Of a stretch of DNA of 64,000 nt, positions 48,400 to 63,596 are shown one piece after another. Position numbers and translations under genes: made by a program. This stretch comes from Vicugna vicugna (taxonomy: Eukaryota), in contig MU058423.1 of assembly GCA_013265495.1 (NCBI GenBank), positions 695,061 through 759,060 of the forward strand. Reading direction: 5' to 3'. Position 1 is the first letter of the stretch; each line of letters opens with the position of its first letter. The notes under the pieces were generated by a model. The model was given only the letters and a program-made list of their open reading frames with translations, made no database searches and was not told the DNA's origin.

Positions 48400-50650
48400 C
48401 ATACTTTGCTTTTCCCTCGGTCTCCGCCTCACACTGAGAACGGTGATCGCTGAAGCCCTGCGTTCTGGTCCCTGCTGAGGCACGGAGCCGCCTCGCCTCC
48501 GAAGCTCCAGGCCAAGATCCTGGGATTCCGCGCACCCAGGCCGAGATCTCGGGATTCTGGACACGGGGAAAGCTGGAGCCGCGCGGGTCGGCACTGTCGG
48601 CGGGGACTGAACACTCGGCGCGCCGCGGCCAGTAGTGTTGGAGTCTGGGCTGTATACCACTCTCTCGGGATGCTCAGGGGGCTCCATCCGCCCGACCCTT
48701 TGGGCACGTGCCGACCGCCAGCCCCCCATCCTGGGTCAAGGCAACGGACCATGGGGATCCATGGGCTTCCGAGAGGGCCCGAGGGGACTGGGAGGACTCA
48801 GGTAGAGAGTTCACGATCCCAAGTCCAGACTCTCGGGTCTGTGTGCTGGGTGCACGTGGAGGGATGGGAGGGCGAATCCCTACCGCTGGGAGGAGAGCGG
48901 CTCTTACATGGAGTAAGGCCACTGTGTGTACCCCTTGAACCTCTCTAGCTGGGGCACACCGAGTTGAGAGCCGCGGCGAGCCGGGAAGCTGGCGCGGTGG
49001 CGGGCTCCACCTCCCCAGGTGGCAGGGCTCGGCCGCAAGCTAGTGCTGGTGCCGCCTGGACAGTCGGTGAGAAACAGACACCCAGCTGGGTCCACACACA
49101 CCCCACGCGCGCACACACTGGCGCTCCCTGCCACCTCTCCCCGGGTCCCCAGCACACACGCCCACGAGCTCACACTCACGTCTACTCTCCGCTCCGCCCC
49201 CACCCCCAGGCCGAACTCACCTTGCCACACTCACCCCCGTGCCCACGCGCTCACACCCGCGTCGGCACACTCCGCCACCTCCAGGCACACCCTAGGATTC
49301 CTCCACTGGCCCAGGGAGACGCACCAGGCTCTGCCTCGTCTCCCTGCCCCCCACCTCCGCTCACGCGCGCGCCCCTCTACACACACACACACGCACACAC
49401 ACATACACACCCTCGCGCGGGGAGTCACTCCCCCTAGCACGCCCTCGCCCTGGGCACCCTCCCGCGGCGAGCCTCCGGGTCCTCCTCATCTCTCCCTCCG
49501 CTGCCTGGCGGCCCGGCGCTCTCGGGCCGGGCCTGGAGCCTCTCGGCCGCGGGGGATAGGCAGGGAGCCGAGGGCGCAGCCTCGCCGCCTCCCCGGGGCT
49601 CTCCAGCGCCCCGCCCCCACCGCCTCCCCCTTCGGGAGAGGGACCTCGCCTGGCAGCCCGTGGCCCGCCGGGCTCCGCTCCGCGCGGCGCCGGCAGCGGC
49701 GGGGGCAGGGCGCGAGCGAGGGAGCCCGCGAGCCCGCGAGCCCGCGAGCCGAGCGGTGAGGCGGGGAGGGGACGCGCTGCCGAGCCGGGGCTGGAGCGGC
49801 GGCGGCGACGACGGCGGCGGCGACGGGGGAGAGAGGGCCCCACGGACAGACGGACGCACAAACGGACCGAGCGAGGGAAGGAGCGAGCTAGACTTCGCCG
49901 GCAAGAAGGAGCCGCGCGAGCGGCGGCGGTTGGGCCCTTCCCCGCGCTGCTGGGTGCTCGGCGCCTCCGCGGCCCCCGGCTCCCGGCCGCAGCTTCCTCG
50001 CGCGCGCGGGGCGCTGGGTGCGGGGCCCGGGGCTTGCTTCGCTGAAGGTAAGACGGACGCGACCGAGCCTTCTGGAGCCAGGAAGTGCGAGGAGCGCTGC
50101 TCCCACGCCTGTTGCTCCGGCTGCCCACGCGGCACCCTCCCACTCCCGTGCCCGGGTGGGTGGGCGCTGGGGCGCCGGAAGGATTGGGGGTGGGGCCGGC
50201 GCTGCGGGAGAGCAGGCAGCCGGCCCGGGGGCGTCGGTTCCCGCGGGCTACGGAGCCACCTCCGGGCAGCGAGGCGCTGTGAGGTTTGGGGGTGGGGGTG
50301 TGAACCTCTGCCCTCCTTCCATTGGCCTGACTTCCTTCGGGGGTGCCAGAGGCAGCGCCCCGGGATCCGGCTGCAGGTGGCGACGGCTTGCTCGGTTCCC
50401 CGCTCTTTGTAAGGGGAGAAAGAGAGAAATGGCTGAGGGTGAAAGCAGGGAGCAGTTTGGGGCGCTTCACAAAGTTCTCCAGCCGGGCGAGCCGGCGGTG
50501 TGCCTACCAGAGGCTGGGGGCCCGCACCTCTGGTCCTGCCCGACGCCGCTTCCACCCTGCGAGCTCTGGGAAGGGTCTTCGAGTGACACTGGGAGCCAAC
50601 GCGGCCCGGGAAAGGGCGTTAGAAAGACTCACTTTTCGAGATGTTTACAT
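48400..50650. promoter_or_regulatory. CpG island / TATA-less promoter of KCND3
   Basis: Very high GC and dense CpG (e.g. cgcgcggcgccggcagcggc). GC boxes at ~49192 (ctccgcccc) and ~49609 (ccccgccccc). Flanking DNA is CpG-depleted. Confidence 0.95.
49700..50047 (+). other. KCND3: KCND3 non-coding exon 1 (5' boundary/TSS approximate)
   Basis: Lies in the CpG-island core, has no ATG, and ends at a strong donor GAAG|GTAAGA (50047/50048), ~6.7 kb upstream of the exon 2 acceptor. This fits the known KCND3 layout of an untranslated first exon. Confidence 0.8.
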
Positions 50651-53600
50651 TGGGGATGAAGCGCGGAAGGGACTGGGCAGAGAAGTTACCTGGAATCAAC
50701 CGAATTCCTGCACTTGCTTAGTGTTGACATTTGAATCGAGTCCAAGATGTTCTGCTTTTATCCTGGGCAGCCGTGATATGTCAGCAACAGGCTGAGGTTC
50801 CGGACCTGGAATCTTACAGCAAAGATAAGGCTCCGTTGTATTTCTTAGGAGAGGGTATCTGAACTTTCTCGCGATCTTAGGTACAATACGATCTTTTTTA
50901 GACCTGGTTGCTATGTGATGCATGATGGCATTTTGCATGAACGTACAGTGACGGTTAAATTTACGCCTTATTTACCATTACTTCAAGGGAACCTGGATAT
51001 TTAATATCTGTAGAAAGGGGGCCTGGGCGTGCATGAATTCAATGCAAAGCATGTGTACCTTTCCCTGTGTGGAAATGTTGGCAGAAATGGATGTATTTAT
51101 TTTTCCTTGTCTCTATTTGAACGCAACAAAACGCAAGTACACAAGGGACCCCCAGAGGAAGAAGGATTAGTAGCTTGTTCCCTTTTACTGTTGAAGAGGC
51201 TGAAGGGGGAAAAAAAAAGAGTTCAGAAAAGTGCTCTGGCCAGCCTAGCAGTGGCACTGTGGGAGAAGAGGATCTCTGTGTGTGTCCCAGGCCTGTGCCC
51301 CAAGTATCCCCAGCTTGGCACCCTGTCAGTTTCATGCCTGTCTACCCAAACCTTGCAGGCACAGGAGAAAGCCCCCTTGGTTGTCAGGACTCTACCCTCC
51401 TCCAGACTGGACCCATTCTGGGCTGAGCCATGTAATGTAAAATTGTGGAAAGTGAGTTTCCAGAGATTCTCCACACCCAGCTCTCTGCCGAGGTCACTGA
51501 AGGGCAGACCTTGGTGACATGATGTTTTTGTTGCCTTATGCCTGCGCTGAGGTTAGGTGTCAGTCCCTAGAACAGGCTGTCTGGTCACTTTGCCCACTTT
51601 TGGCGCTCGTCCTCCCCCATAGAAGCTGCTTAACAGGGATGCCTTTTTTTTACAGCAGGGGAACTGTGTTTCCCTTTTCCAGGATTTTTTTTTTTTTTTG
51701 CCTGTGTCATTTCAGCACTCACCTGTTTTAAATGTCTCTTCCCCATCCTCCCCCCACCTCTATCTTTCCCACTGTCAAACTCTTATGCCAAAAACAAAAA
51801 TAGCTTCAGATTTTTCGTTTGTAAGGCGTCCACGTCCTAGTAAAACCTTGGCATTTGAGGCCTGTGCAGTGCCATTGGCTGGAAATGGGGCCGCACTGTT
51901 GTGCCTGTTGCAGGAATTCAGACCCAGGTCGGCTCCAGGAGGTGTTGGTGCCCGTCAGGGGGTGAGCGCTGCGGTGAGAGCCTTGGAGAAGCCCCGCTTG
52001 AGCTGCGTCATGCCTGCAGGCTTGTGTGGACCCTATGGCTGGTGTGGCCTTGGGCATAGTATCTCGTGGGACACTTTTCTTCCTCTTCCATACTCAGACA
52101 CACATACACACACACACAAGACAGAGAAAGTAGCAGTGGGATAATTGCTCCTTTGCTGGTACCTTTTACTAGGGGAACAGGGCTTGAAGCTCTGAAGACA
52201 GCCTGGCCCTTGCCTGGCCTTCTCAGGGAAGATTGTCCTGGATTAATACATAGGGTGAAGGTTTGGCCTTGGAACCAGAGACTTTTGTGATAGATGGGAA
52301 AGAGGTTACTCTTCCTTCCCCAGCTCTCAAATATTCATCTGAAAGCAGTTTGTAAAATACCATTGCCGTCGGAGAAGAGGAGACTGGCGTGGGGTGGAGA
52401 CTGTAAGGTGATGGGGCTCAGCTTGGTAGGGGAAGGTACCGGGCACTGAAGCTCTGGGGTCAGGGTGAAACAGCACTGGGAGAATGGAAGTGGAAGGGCA
52501 CTGTCGTCTCGGAGTGCACAGCTGTATATGTGGCCCAAGCAGGGTGCTACAGGGTACCTCCTGGCTCTGTCGTCTCTTACTCTTTGCAACTGGAACCCCC
52601 TCAAGGTCCTGCCTCTCTGAGTTCCATTCTGGAATAAGGCAGGAATGTTAAGAGTCAGAGGTCCAGGGCCCAGAATCTGGAGCCTGGCCCCCTTTACCCT
52701 CCAGGGGGGGTGGCCAGGGGTTCAATGGATGAATCTGGCCTTGGGCTGCCTTGAATTCGGAGTGATGCATGTTGTGTGCCCTTTTCTGGGCACCAACCTC
52801 ATCAGGAATTCCCAGAACTGCCTTTGCTAAAACGAGGCTCAGACAAACTCCATCCCCACAGCAACAAACCCAGATGCTCTACTTCCTGCTTAGCATGGGC
52901 GACTGTCATGAAGAGGTTTCAGTGAGACCTGAGCTACAGACTTGATGTCCTGGATCCAGCAGAATCAAAGCTTATTTGAGCTAAAAGTCTCCTAGTCACT
53001 TTCTTGTCCCGGGCTCTCTTATGAGGCTCAGGGGGGAATAGGAGCTTGCTTTCACAAGTTCAGGAAAGAAGTGGAATTAGAAGGGCAGGGCCTCCGGACC
53101 CTATGCTTTCTGCTGCCTGGGGACGGGGCGAGTGGAGACTCTGCATCTTGCTCTCTTCTATGGAAATATCAGTATCTCGCTACACCTAGGTCAGGAGAGG
53201 CATTTGGCAGTGAGCTGATCAGTGGCCTATTGGAAAATCATCAGCTCCTTTATACATGGAACATAGTCGCTTTGAAGGAGTCTCAGCTCCCTTCTTGAAC
53301 CTTGTCAGCATAAATGTCCATGTCATAGGACTTTCATGGAATTAATTGTTGCTATAAAAGTGCTTAAAACAGTGCCCACTGCATGGTCAGTGCTCAATAA
53401 ATGTTAACTAAATCTGAATTGGAATTATCTTGTGACCAATGTTTAAATTGTGGGCTTGTGCCCCCCAAACTTCCCTTGCTCTTTAGAAAACCTAGCTATG
53501 TGTGTGTTAAGGGACTACAAATTCTCCTAGTAACCTAAAGGAAATATAGGGAATTATAAGGGGAAATTTCTTGAAGAGAGGTATAAAATGCACGGGATGT

Positions 53601-56516
53601 GTTCCCAAATCTGTCAGCAGCATGCTGCCATGGATGAAAGACTCCCCAGTTCTTTCCTTGGTTCCCGTAATCAAGAGCTCATCAGCCCGCACTGTTTTTC
53701 TGTTCTTTGAGTGCTGACATTTACAAGGAATGTCATCGTCATTCCTGATGTCCCCTGTGGCACCTGAATCAAGCTCCCTTTACGGCAGAGGAGCCTCAGA
53801 ATACACTCCTTAGCATATGGATGGGAAACTGAGGCAGAGATTGGCTCCTTGGGAAAACTCACCAGAGAGCCACAGTGAGTCAGAAGCACTTAAACTGGGT
53901 TCTTTTGATTCAGATCTGTCTTCTGTGTTTACTGAGTGTGTGGAGAGAAAAAGCCTACCCTTGAAAACCCCTGGAAGGCAAGGCGTGGTGTAAAATCAAG
54001 GGACTGCAAAGGACATCTGTAAAATCCGGGTTCCCGCCTACCATCAGGAGGTTGGGCATCTACTGATGCAGTGCCCTGTGCTGCCTCCTGAGTTGTTATA
54101 TAAAAATTAAGGCATCATGGCCTTTATTCTTAAGGAGTTTAGGGTGGGATGGAAAGCAGGGAAGAGACCTGGCTGTACCCTTGAACTCCACATTGAGACT
54201 GCCTGTATTTAAATCTCTCTGCCTACTTATGACATCCTTTAGCCAGTTATACTGCCTCAGGCTTCATCTTCCTCATCTGCAAGGTGGGGGTGGGGCGTTC
54301 TGTGCCCTAGGTTTGCAGGTGGGGTCGATTGAGGTGGTCCACGTAAGAATGTGGTACTGAGCCTGCTTGTCTCTCATCAGCAACATCAGCTGCTACTCTT
54401 CTTGCAGGAAGCCCGTGAGAAGCAGTGGAGCACGGTGCCTCAGGGCTGGTGGTGTAAGAGTCAGACCACCTAGGGTTGGGGGGATCCCTGTTCTGGCCCT
54501 TGCCAGCTGGCAGGTTGTTGAATTTCAGACTTCTTCCTAGGGTTGCCGTGAGGATGACATGAGATGATCCCCAGGAGACAATCAGTGCAGTGCCTGGCAC
54601 AGAGTAAGCGCTCAATTACTGTGGGCCGAGATTATTAATAAGACACGTGGAAAGTGTCCTGTCACTAGAGAAGAGGGGCCAACAAAGCGCTGACAGCCCA
54701 AAGGAGGAGAGAATTTAGCGTGGGGAGGGGGGTGCATCACAGAGAGGACGAGGAGCAGAAGGGATTCTGAGAGGAGGGCTGGGTGAAGGGGAGGAGTATC
54801 CCCAACAGAATGAAGAGTGCCCGCAGACAGACCCCCCCCCGCCCCGACCCAAGCATGTGAGCCTGTCTGTGGTCTAGGCTGGGCACATGGGACACCGGTC
54901 GGGAATAAGCCAGGATCCGTTTGTAGAAATGCCAGAATACTGGGCCAAAGATTTTGCACTTGATTTTGTAGACTGTGGGAAAATCTTGTTTTAGGGAGAT
55001 TACTCTGAGCAGAATGGATTTATTGGGAAGAGGAGAAACAGGGGTTGGGGTGGGGGAGATGAGAGACAAACAGGGCAGTAGAGAGGCCGCCTGGGGGAAG
55101 TGGGGCCTTAATGAGGGCAGTAGAGCTACTGTCTCACTATTCGGCAACTCTCTGGGTTGCACTGAGGATGACGGCCAAGGCAACAGGCCCGGGGTTAGGG
55201 ATGCCATGAGCAAACAGTAGAGAGCAGCTCTTTGCAAGGAGGTAGACTCGGCTTAAACCTATCCAGTTTCAGAGGCATCCAGGTGGGAAAGCCCACTGTG
55301 GCCCAGGAGTGAGAGGAGGCCAAGATCTGGAAGACTTCAAAAGAGTTGGGGGTCAGGTGAAGGAAGCAAGTTTACAAGGGAAGGTGACGATCCAATCCCA
55401 CGGCAAGATTCACCTCTGGCTCATTTATTTAAACCAATGGAATTCCAGAGAGTCCAAGTAACTCTGAGTCAGGATTGGTTCTGCATGATCAGTTTAGGCT
55501 TTGTGAAAATGAGTGTGTCAACCCCAAACAATTTCCCGTTGCTGTTACGTGTGTTTCTGTGTCACCACCTGTCTCCCCACAGATGGTGTACATTTGGGGA
55601 CTGCAGAGTCATTTCACTATCGTCTTTAAAAAGCCAGATTTGGGAAGGTAAATCTGTTTCCCAAAACCAAATATAATTCTCCAGGCCATTGTTCCTTCCA
55701 TCCATGCAGGTGATGGAAAGTGCACACACAGTGTGGTTGAGAGAGCTGTGGGTGAAGGGTGCCAAGGTAGCCCAACTCTGGAGGAATCTCTGAGGGTGGA
55801 GTGAGGCCAGGTGAAAGAGGCTGGCATGGGAAAGAGTATTGTTACATAACCCGAGGGAGTTATGGATGGTGGGCAGATGGAGATGGGAGGCGAGGAATCT
55901 GGAGATGGTGAGAAGTGTGGATCAGCCTCCTCTGGGAGGGAGAGGGACAATGCATGGAAGACAGGTGAACCAAGAATCAAGAGTCCTTTACAAGGTGGGG
56001 GAGGAACCCTAGCCTTACAGCCTCTCCTGTGTCTTTCTATCATGGCTCTGAGGGTGTGATCAGATGTGAGGTTGCCAGGTGTCCCAGAGAGTAGCATTCC
56101 ACCAGGGTCAGCCTTCTCCATGGGACATGGGGACAGAGCTTCACCAAGCCCTGGGTTTACTGTGGTCATGCGCCATCTCAGAGAATTTTACAGACCTGGT
56201 CAACCCTAGCCTTCCCACCAGTGAGGAGTAGAAAGGATGTGTTTACCTGATTTCCCTCATCCACACCTCATTCCTGATTACCCTAGAGGGTGAAGAGAGA
56301 AATAAAAATTAGCGTGTTTATCCCACTTTTAAATTCGTTTAATGAGAACTCATTTACCCTCTCCCAATTTATATTCGTAAATAATGCCATAACCTTTCAG
56401 AGCTGATTATTACCCACGTCTGCCCAGATCTTTCTGCTAAAGAGGCTTTCCCTCCAAATGCTCCTGAGCCCTCTTGGAACCTGACAATTTGTCAGGCAGT
56501 CAGCAACATCTGGTGA

Positions 56517-57896
<1,380 letters not shown>

Positions 57897-59729
57897 TAAG
57901 TTTGTGCTGGTGGTATGGAGAAGGGCAGAGTTTGCATTGATGGTGATGCTTTAGATGGTATCAGGATTGGGCAGAGGAGGATGGAGCCTCTTCCCCCCAG
58001 TTGTGGGAGCAAGGGAAGTTGCTCATCAGAAGAGGAAAGCACATGAGTGATTTGTTTGGGGATGACAGATTGCTCCCAGTTTTCTTTTAGGGGTGGGGTG
58101 TGTGTTTTGTAAAACAGGGAAAATTGTCACCATTTCTTTTTTCAGCCATGCATTCTGTGTGTGTGTGTGGTGGGGGAGGGGGGAGTGGTGATTGCTGTCT
58201 TCTTATCTGCATCTGTGCTTGTAAGGGCTGCCATGGGGAGGAAGACAAGGCAGTAGGAAGGAAGAAGGCTGTGAGAAGTTCAGTGAGTGTTGTAAGGGGA
58301 TGCTTATTTCCATTAACTGAAGACACCTAGAACATGCTTTTTTGGATCCTTCCTGTATTTCTTCTCTGTAGTGTATGTGCAGGCTGTTTCAGCTTTTGCC
58401 TTACTTTTCTTTTCTGCTGCCACAAATGCTCAAGGGTTCAGCAGCTTGGAGCAGACTTCCTCTGAGTGACTCTGAACTTGGGTTTTCTGCAAAGTGGGGC
58501 ACCTGATTTATTCTTTCTCACTGAAGGAGCAGCAGGCTTGCTTTCTCAGCCTGGCTCTGTTGATTGAATGATCTGACCTACCTGAGCTATTGTGAGATGG
58601 TCTGAATAGATCATGTGGTCAGACACAGTAGCAGCAATATCAGGAGAGAGAGGGAGAGGTGCTCGGCGAGGTCACGGGTGACTCTGTCTCTTCCATCTCC
58701 CAGAGGTCCCCTCTCTAGCTGAGGTCACCAAAATGTATTCATGGTGCTGGGATGCAAAGCTTTCCATCAGAGGAAGGGGGCTCAGGAAGGAGATTACAAC
58801 CTCTACCCTAACAGGATTAGAGCCAACGAAGGCAGCTTTATGGAGACGTGGATTTCTTAGGGGTTGCTGCTTCTGCTGTTGGAAGTCACTGAGGCTAGTG
58901 CAAAAATCCCTTCCCAATTCATAAGCTGGGTCTATATTTACTTAGACCAGGAAGCGTTACATTGCTGATGGTGAATTCATGAAGCTTTTTATTTGGTGTT
59001 TGACAATTCGGTTGGTGGCGTCCTAGCGATTCGATTTTTTTTCCTGGCTGAAACCCTGTGGCGCTGGTATCGGTTTTTCCATAGTGCTGCGTATGCTTAT
59101 TGGGAATGACTGAGCAGGTGACGGGACCTTTTAAAATGATTACATTTGTCATTCTGCCACATGGGAGGGAGTAGCAAGAGGGAGAGCAAGGGGTGTCATT
59201 GCCCATTTGGGAAGGCCACATGTGATGGGGGCGTTCCCTTGACCTCTTGTTCGCCTGACAGAGGCCACCCTGCCCCTTTCTCCCTCTCCAGTAACGCACA
59301 GTCTTCACATACCTGCTTCCACCCAGAGTGGGCAAGAATGTCTGGTCATTTGACGTTGTCTATCTTGGCCCAGGGGGCAGATGTGGCTTCCTGGCACAGT
59401 GGGATATTTAGGGATAAAATGGGCCAGAGAGCTGGCCACGCGTCAGGAGGAGGAGGCATGTTTGCTGCGTTTGTGCTAACCTGGCCACCCCTTTGCTTTC
59501 CCGAAGGGGACCTCTCCTGTGGCCAGGACCGCCACGGGCGTGCTTTGACGTGGCTCTGACTGTCCAGTGCCCTCAAGTGCCCCTCGGTGGGACTCATGAC
59601 ACCAGAGTGAGGCCTCAGGACTGTCATAGGGAGAAAATAGGGCAGACAGATGGGTGTCAGGGTTAAAATGGGACTGTTTCAGAGGAGATCAATGGACCGA
59701 CCTGCCCATTACTTTTTATTAGTCGATTA

Positions 59730-59935
59730 ACAGCATTTGTGTGTCTATCATGTGTCAGCCGTGTGCTGAGCACTTTGTATGTTATCTCTTTAAAGCTTCA
59801 CAACAGCCTTGCAAGGTAGGAGAAATTCTATCCAACTTTGAAGATGCAGCAGGCAAGGCTCAGAGAGGTTAAGTAAATGTCTGTAGTCACACAGCTGCTA
59901 AGGGGCAGTGCTGCGTTTCAAATACCAGTTTGGCT
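59730..59935 (-). mobile_element. MIR SINE (intron 2)
   Basis: gtgctgagcacttt...cttcacaacagccttgcaaggtagg...aggctcagagaggttaagtaa...gtcacacagct. Confidence 0.75.
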
Positions 59936-62900
59936 GTCTTCGGTGCCCTTTCTCTTTTCACTCCCCACTCCACTTGTTCCCAGACCATCAGGGCCCATAG
60001 GTAGAAATCAGACCTTCGGAGTTATTTTTTTTCCTATTATGGCCTCAGTGTGTCGTAGTCCATTCTAGTCAGATCTCTATTCAAGAAAGAAAGCATTAGT
60101 GCAGTGAACATTATAGGCACCATACCAGGCACACAGGGAATTTATTAATAAAACACTACATTCTGGCCAGTTTAAGTTCTGCCTTGGAAATTAATGGCTG
60201 CTTTCATAGACAGGAACAGAGTTTTACTGTCCCTGGGGAGACCACTGACTTCCTTTCGCATTCACTCTGTAGAGCAAGGTCAGGTCCAGTGTTAGCAGGT
60301 GGACAGTCGTGGCCTCGCATTAACTTTTGGGAGATGGGGGAGGGGCGAAGCAAGAGGACTCTGCCAGAGAGTAAGGCAAAGGGGAAGGGCAGATGCCCAT
60401 GTGGGGAGAAGCAGGCTCCCCGCACTGCGGGCGCTATGGGTCCTTCCCTTCCCCATGCATCAGGATGTCTGGCCTCAGGGAGGAGAAACTCATGGGCAAG
60501 AAAAGAAGCCTTTAGTCGTGTCTTCCTTCACCTCAGTTAAGTAATGGGAAAGCAGACTTTTTCTTCCTCTCGACCCTGGCCAGTGTCACCCAGTGGTGGA
60601 TTGAGCCACTTTGACTTTGACCTGAGTTGCAGTTTGGACCATTACCAGACTCACTGCTTGGCTACACAGAGCAGGTGGTTGGCAAAACACTTTTAAATGG
60701 GTGGGTCAATGTGATTGGGGCTCCTTTACCATTTATTGTTCTAAAACTGTTCTCAGTCTCCTTCCAGACCCTCCTGTCTGCTCTCCAGGGTGGTCGCAAG
60801 ATTTGTGTTTGCCCCAGCCCTGGCCCCAGTAAGAGAGGAGGGCAGCCTTCAGCTGGTGTCTGGTTCACCCCAGGGGATGCTCTGCAGCCTTGCTGGAGTC
60901 TTCCAGTCCGTATTGGAGGTCTTACCCACCCGACTCTGGAAACCTTTCCTTTCCTCTGGCTGGTTTCTGTCCCAAGCATATTCACTGGCTAGTTGTAGGC
61001 TTGTTCAGCCATCCAAAACGCCTGTCTTTTGCTTGCTCTTTGCCGGCATTTGAGCCCCAAGTGTCTGTGGCGATACCAAGGGCCAATGTTCTGCCACTTT
61101 CCATGTTCTGTCTGGTTGCTTCCAACAACACCCAGCAGACTCTTAGTTCTTCCTGTCTCCAGACCCTCCCCACCCAAACCTTTCCTGACTTCCTGTTTCC
61201 AGTCTGGGGAGACTGTCTTGAGCTCTTTTGCAGAGCAGAGCTGTCTGCCTGGCCGAGGGCTGACGTGCCCAGTCAAGCAGTTTGCTCTTCCTTCCTGCTC
61301 TGGTTGCCACTTCTGCCTGCCTTCCCTGGACCCGCTGATGAGTTACTCAGGTGTCCTCCACGGAGGGAGCTCCTGGCACCAATTATTCCCATTTATTTAA
61401 TTTCTAAAAATATTTTAAGCACATAGAACAATAACAGCCCAGCTGCCACCAGAACTTGAGGGTGGCTTTTCTTTGCAGACTCCTGTGCTGGTGGGAAGGA
61501 CCCCTATGCCCGACCTAGGGTTCCCTTGGGCCACCTTGACAGTTGAGCTCCCAAATTCACCATTAAAGGATTAATTTCCGTGCTCATAATTGATGCTATA
61601 AATAAAACAAATCCTCAATTATCTTAACAGAGGGAAGGGATAATGCAGAACTCCCAATATTCAATAAGACCAACACATCTACCTTTGGAATGTGTTAGAT
61701 GCCATAGACTTTTTCAAAGCAGATTTACCTTAGTTTTGTTTTGACTTTGCTTGGCATCACCATTGGGCGGACTGCCTGAGTTGGGGGGTGATGCTCGTGT
61801 GGGGAAGAGGGCAGCAGGCGAGAGGGAAGCTTTGGGAGCAAGAATCCAAGGTGTGGGCAATTGAGGGCCAGCTCCAGGCCTGGCGGGGATGAGGTGCCCT
61901 GGGATATCTTAGGGAGTGGGAACTGGGCTTGGGAAGGGCTCGGAGCAGTATTGCTCCTGATGAGACTACCCGCTGCTACCCAGTTGGCTTGGTTATGTAA
62001 TTGAGACCGGCAGCCTATCTGTCACCTCGTGCCCTGAGATGAGAGAGCTTTTGACAGTGTCCAAAAATCACTTTAATGAAAACAGAATCGATTTTTACTT
62101 CTTCCAAGCAAGAAGCAGCCTCCAGGTGATTTGCATTTCCCTTTAAAACAGAATCCTGGAAGGGGCCTGCCTGAGATTTCTGGAGACTGGAAGCCAGACT
62201 TGAGAGATCAATGCCGGCACTCCACAGAATGGGCTGCTTGATCAGGCTCCCCCTGGGGGGCCCATGGGAGGTGTGGTTTTTGTTAACCCTTTAGTTTCCG
62301 AAATTCTGGCTGCATTGTCATCCACTGCCTCTGGGACCCACCAATCATCCTCCCAACTTCCATGTACCTTGGTGTGGGACACTGGCCAACAGGGCCCACC
62401 TGGACGGTGGGGGGTCCCTGCCCCGTGGAGTCCGATCATAATGCACTTACTGGAAACAAATGACCTCAGGGTCTTTCTTGGGTTTGACATCTCTTAACCA
62501 ACAGTTCTCTGGTGCTGAAACTCCTAAGAGAGGGTAGAGACCTATATCTCTACAGGGAATTGTTCCTTCACTCAACATTTATTGAGTTTTTTCTATGCGC
62601 CAGGCAGCATGGTAGGCTCTGAGAATACATAGGTGCTCTGATTGCATGTCAACCCTGCGGAAGGTACAGACAAAATGAATTGAATGAGACTCAATTCTCT
62701 TCCTTTGAATCAAAACAAGAGAGGGTGAGAAGAGCATTAGACCAAGGGTTAGAAAAGAGGCCTTAACTCACACTCTTTCTATCAGTCCAGAGACTACCCC
62801 TCACTCTGCTCTGGGTCTGGCTAACTCCCATCATCCTTCCAAATAGCTCTGTAGCGTCTCCTCCAGGAAGCCTTCCTAGCCCTCCAGGAGCTATGTGCCC

Positions 62901-63419
62901 CTCCTCCTACCTCCCATGGCAGCTCCTACATATCTGTCTTATCAATTGCCACATTTTATTGACTTTGTTTATGTGTCTTTTCCCCAGGATATCAACTCTT
63001 CAAGGGCAGCTGTCTATCCCAAAGATCATTGTATGATCCATGCCTAGCACAGGGCCCGATGTATTAGGCCTCCATACATATCTGTTTGTACCCCAGCTTA
63101 CCTGTCTTCAGTTTTCTCACTTGCTAACCACCTCCTGCACATTGTGAAAACCAATGAAAGTGCTGTCTAAATGTTTGCTATATTGTCAAATTAGACAGGT
63201 TATTTGTGGGGAGGGTGGAGATGGAGAAGCCAAGCAGGGCATTCTCTAGTTCTGACATCAGCCTAAGCAGAGTTGGGGCTTTCTTGGAAGGGAAGTTTAA
63301 ACCCTTGACCTTCACTATTTTTGGCTACTTGGCAAAACTCCCCACTGCAGACTCTGGGGCCAGGAAGGAACAGAAAGGCAGCCATAGATAAGCCCCCCAC
63401 CCATGAGGTTTCCCTCCAT

Positions 63420-63551
63420 TCAATGATGTACTCAGCAGATATTTGAGTAGCAGTTAGGCCTTGGGAATACAGCAGAGAAAACAGTCCCTGATCTTCAGGG
63501 GCTTACATTCTAGTGGAGGAAACCAGACAGTACATAGATAAATGAATAAAT

Positions 63552-63596
<45 letters not shown>

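Noticed and set aside
48590..48612. RE1/REST-like site (minus strand TTCAGTCCCCGCCGACAGTGCC); half sites also at ~27601 and ~62510
   Set aside because: Wrong spacing or mismatches in core positions relative to TTCAGCACCNNGGACAG.
48964..50795. Multiple long overlapping Arg/Pro/Gly/Ala-rich ORFs (up to 373 aa)
   Set aside because: Stop-codon scarcity in the CpG island; low-complexity translations, mostly non-ATG starts.
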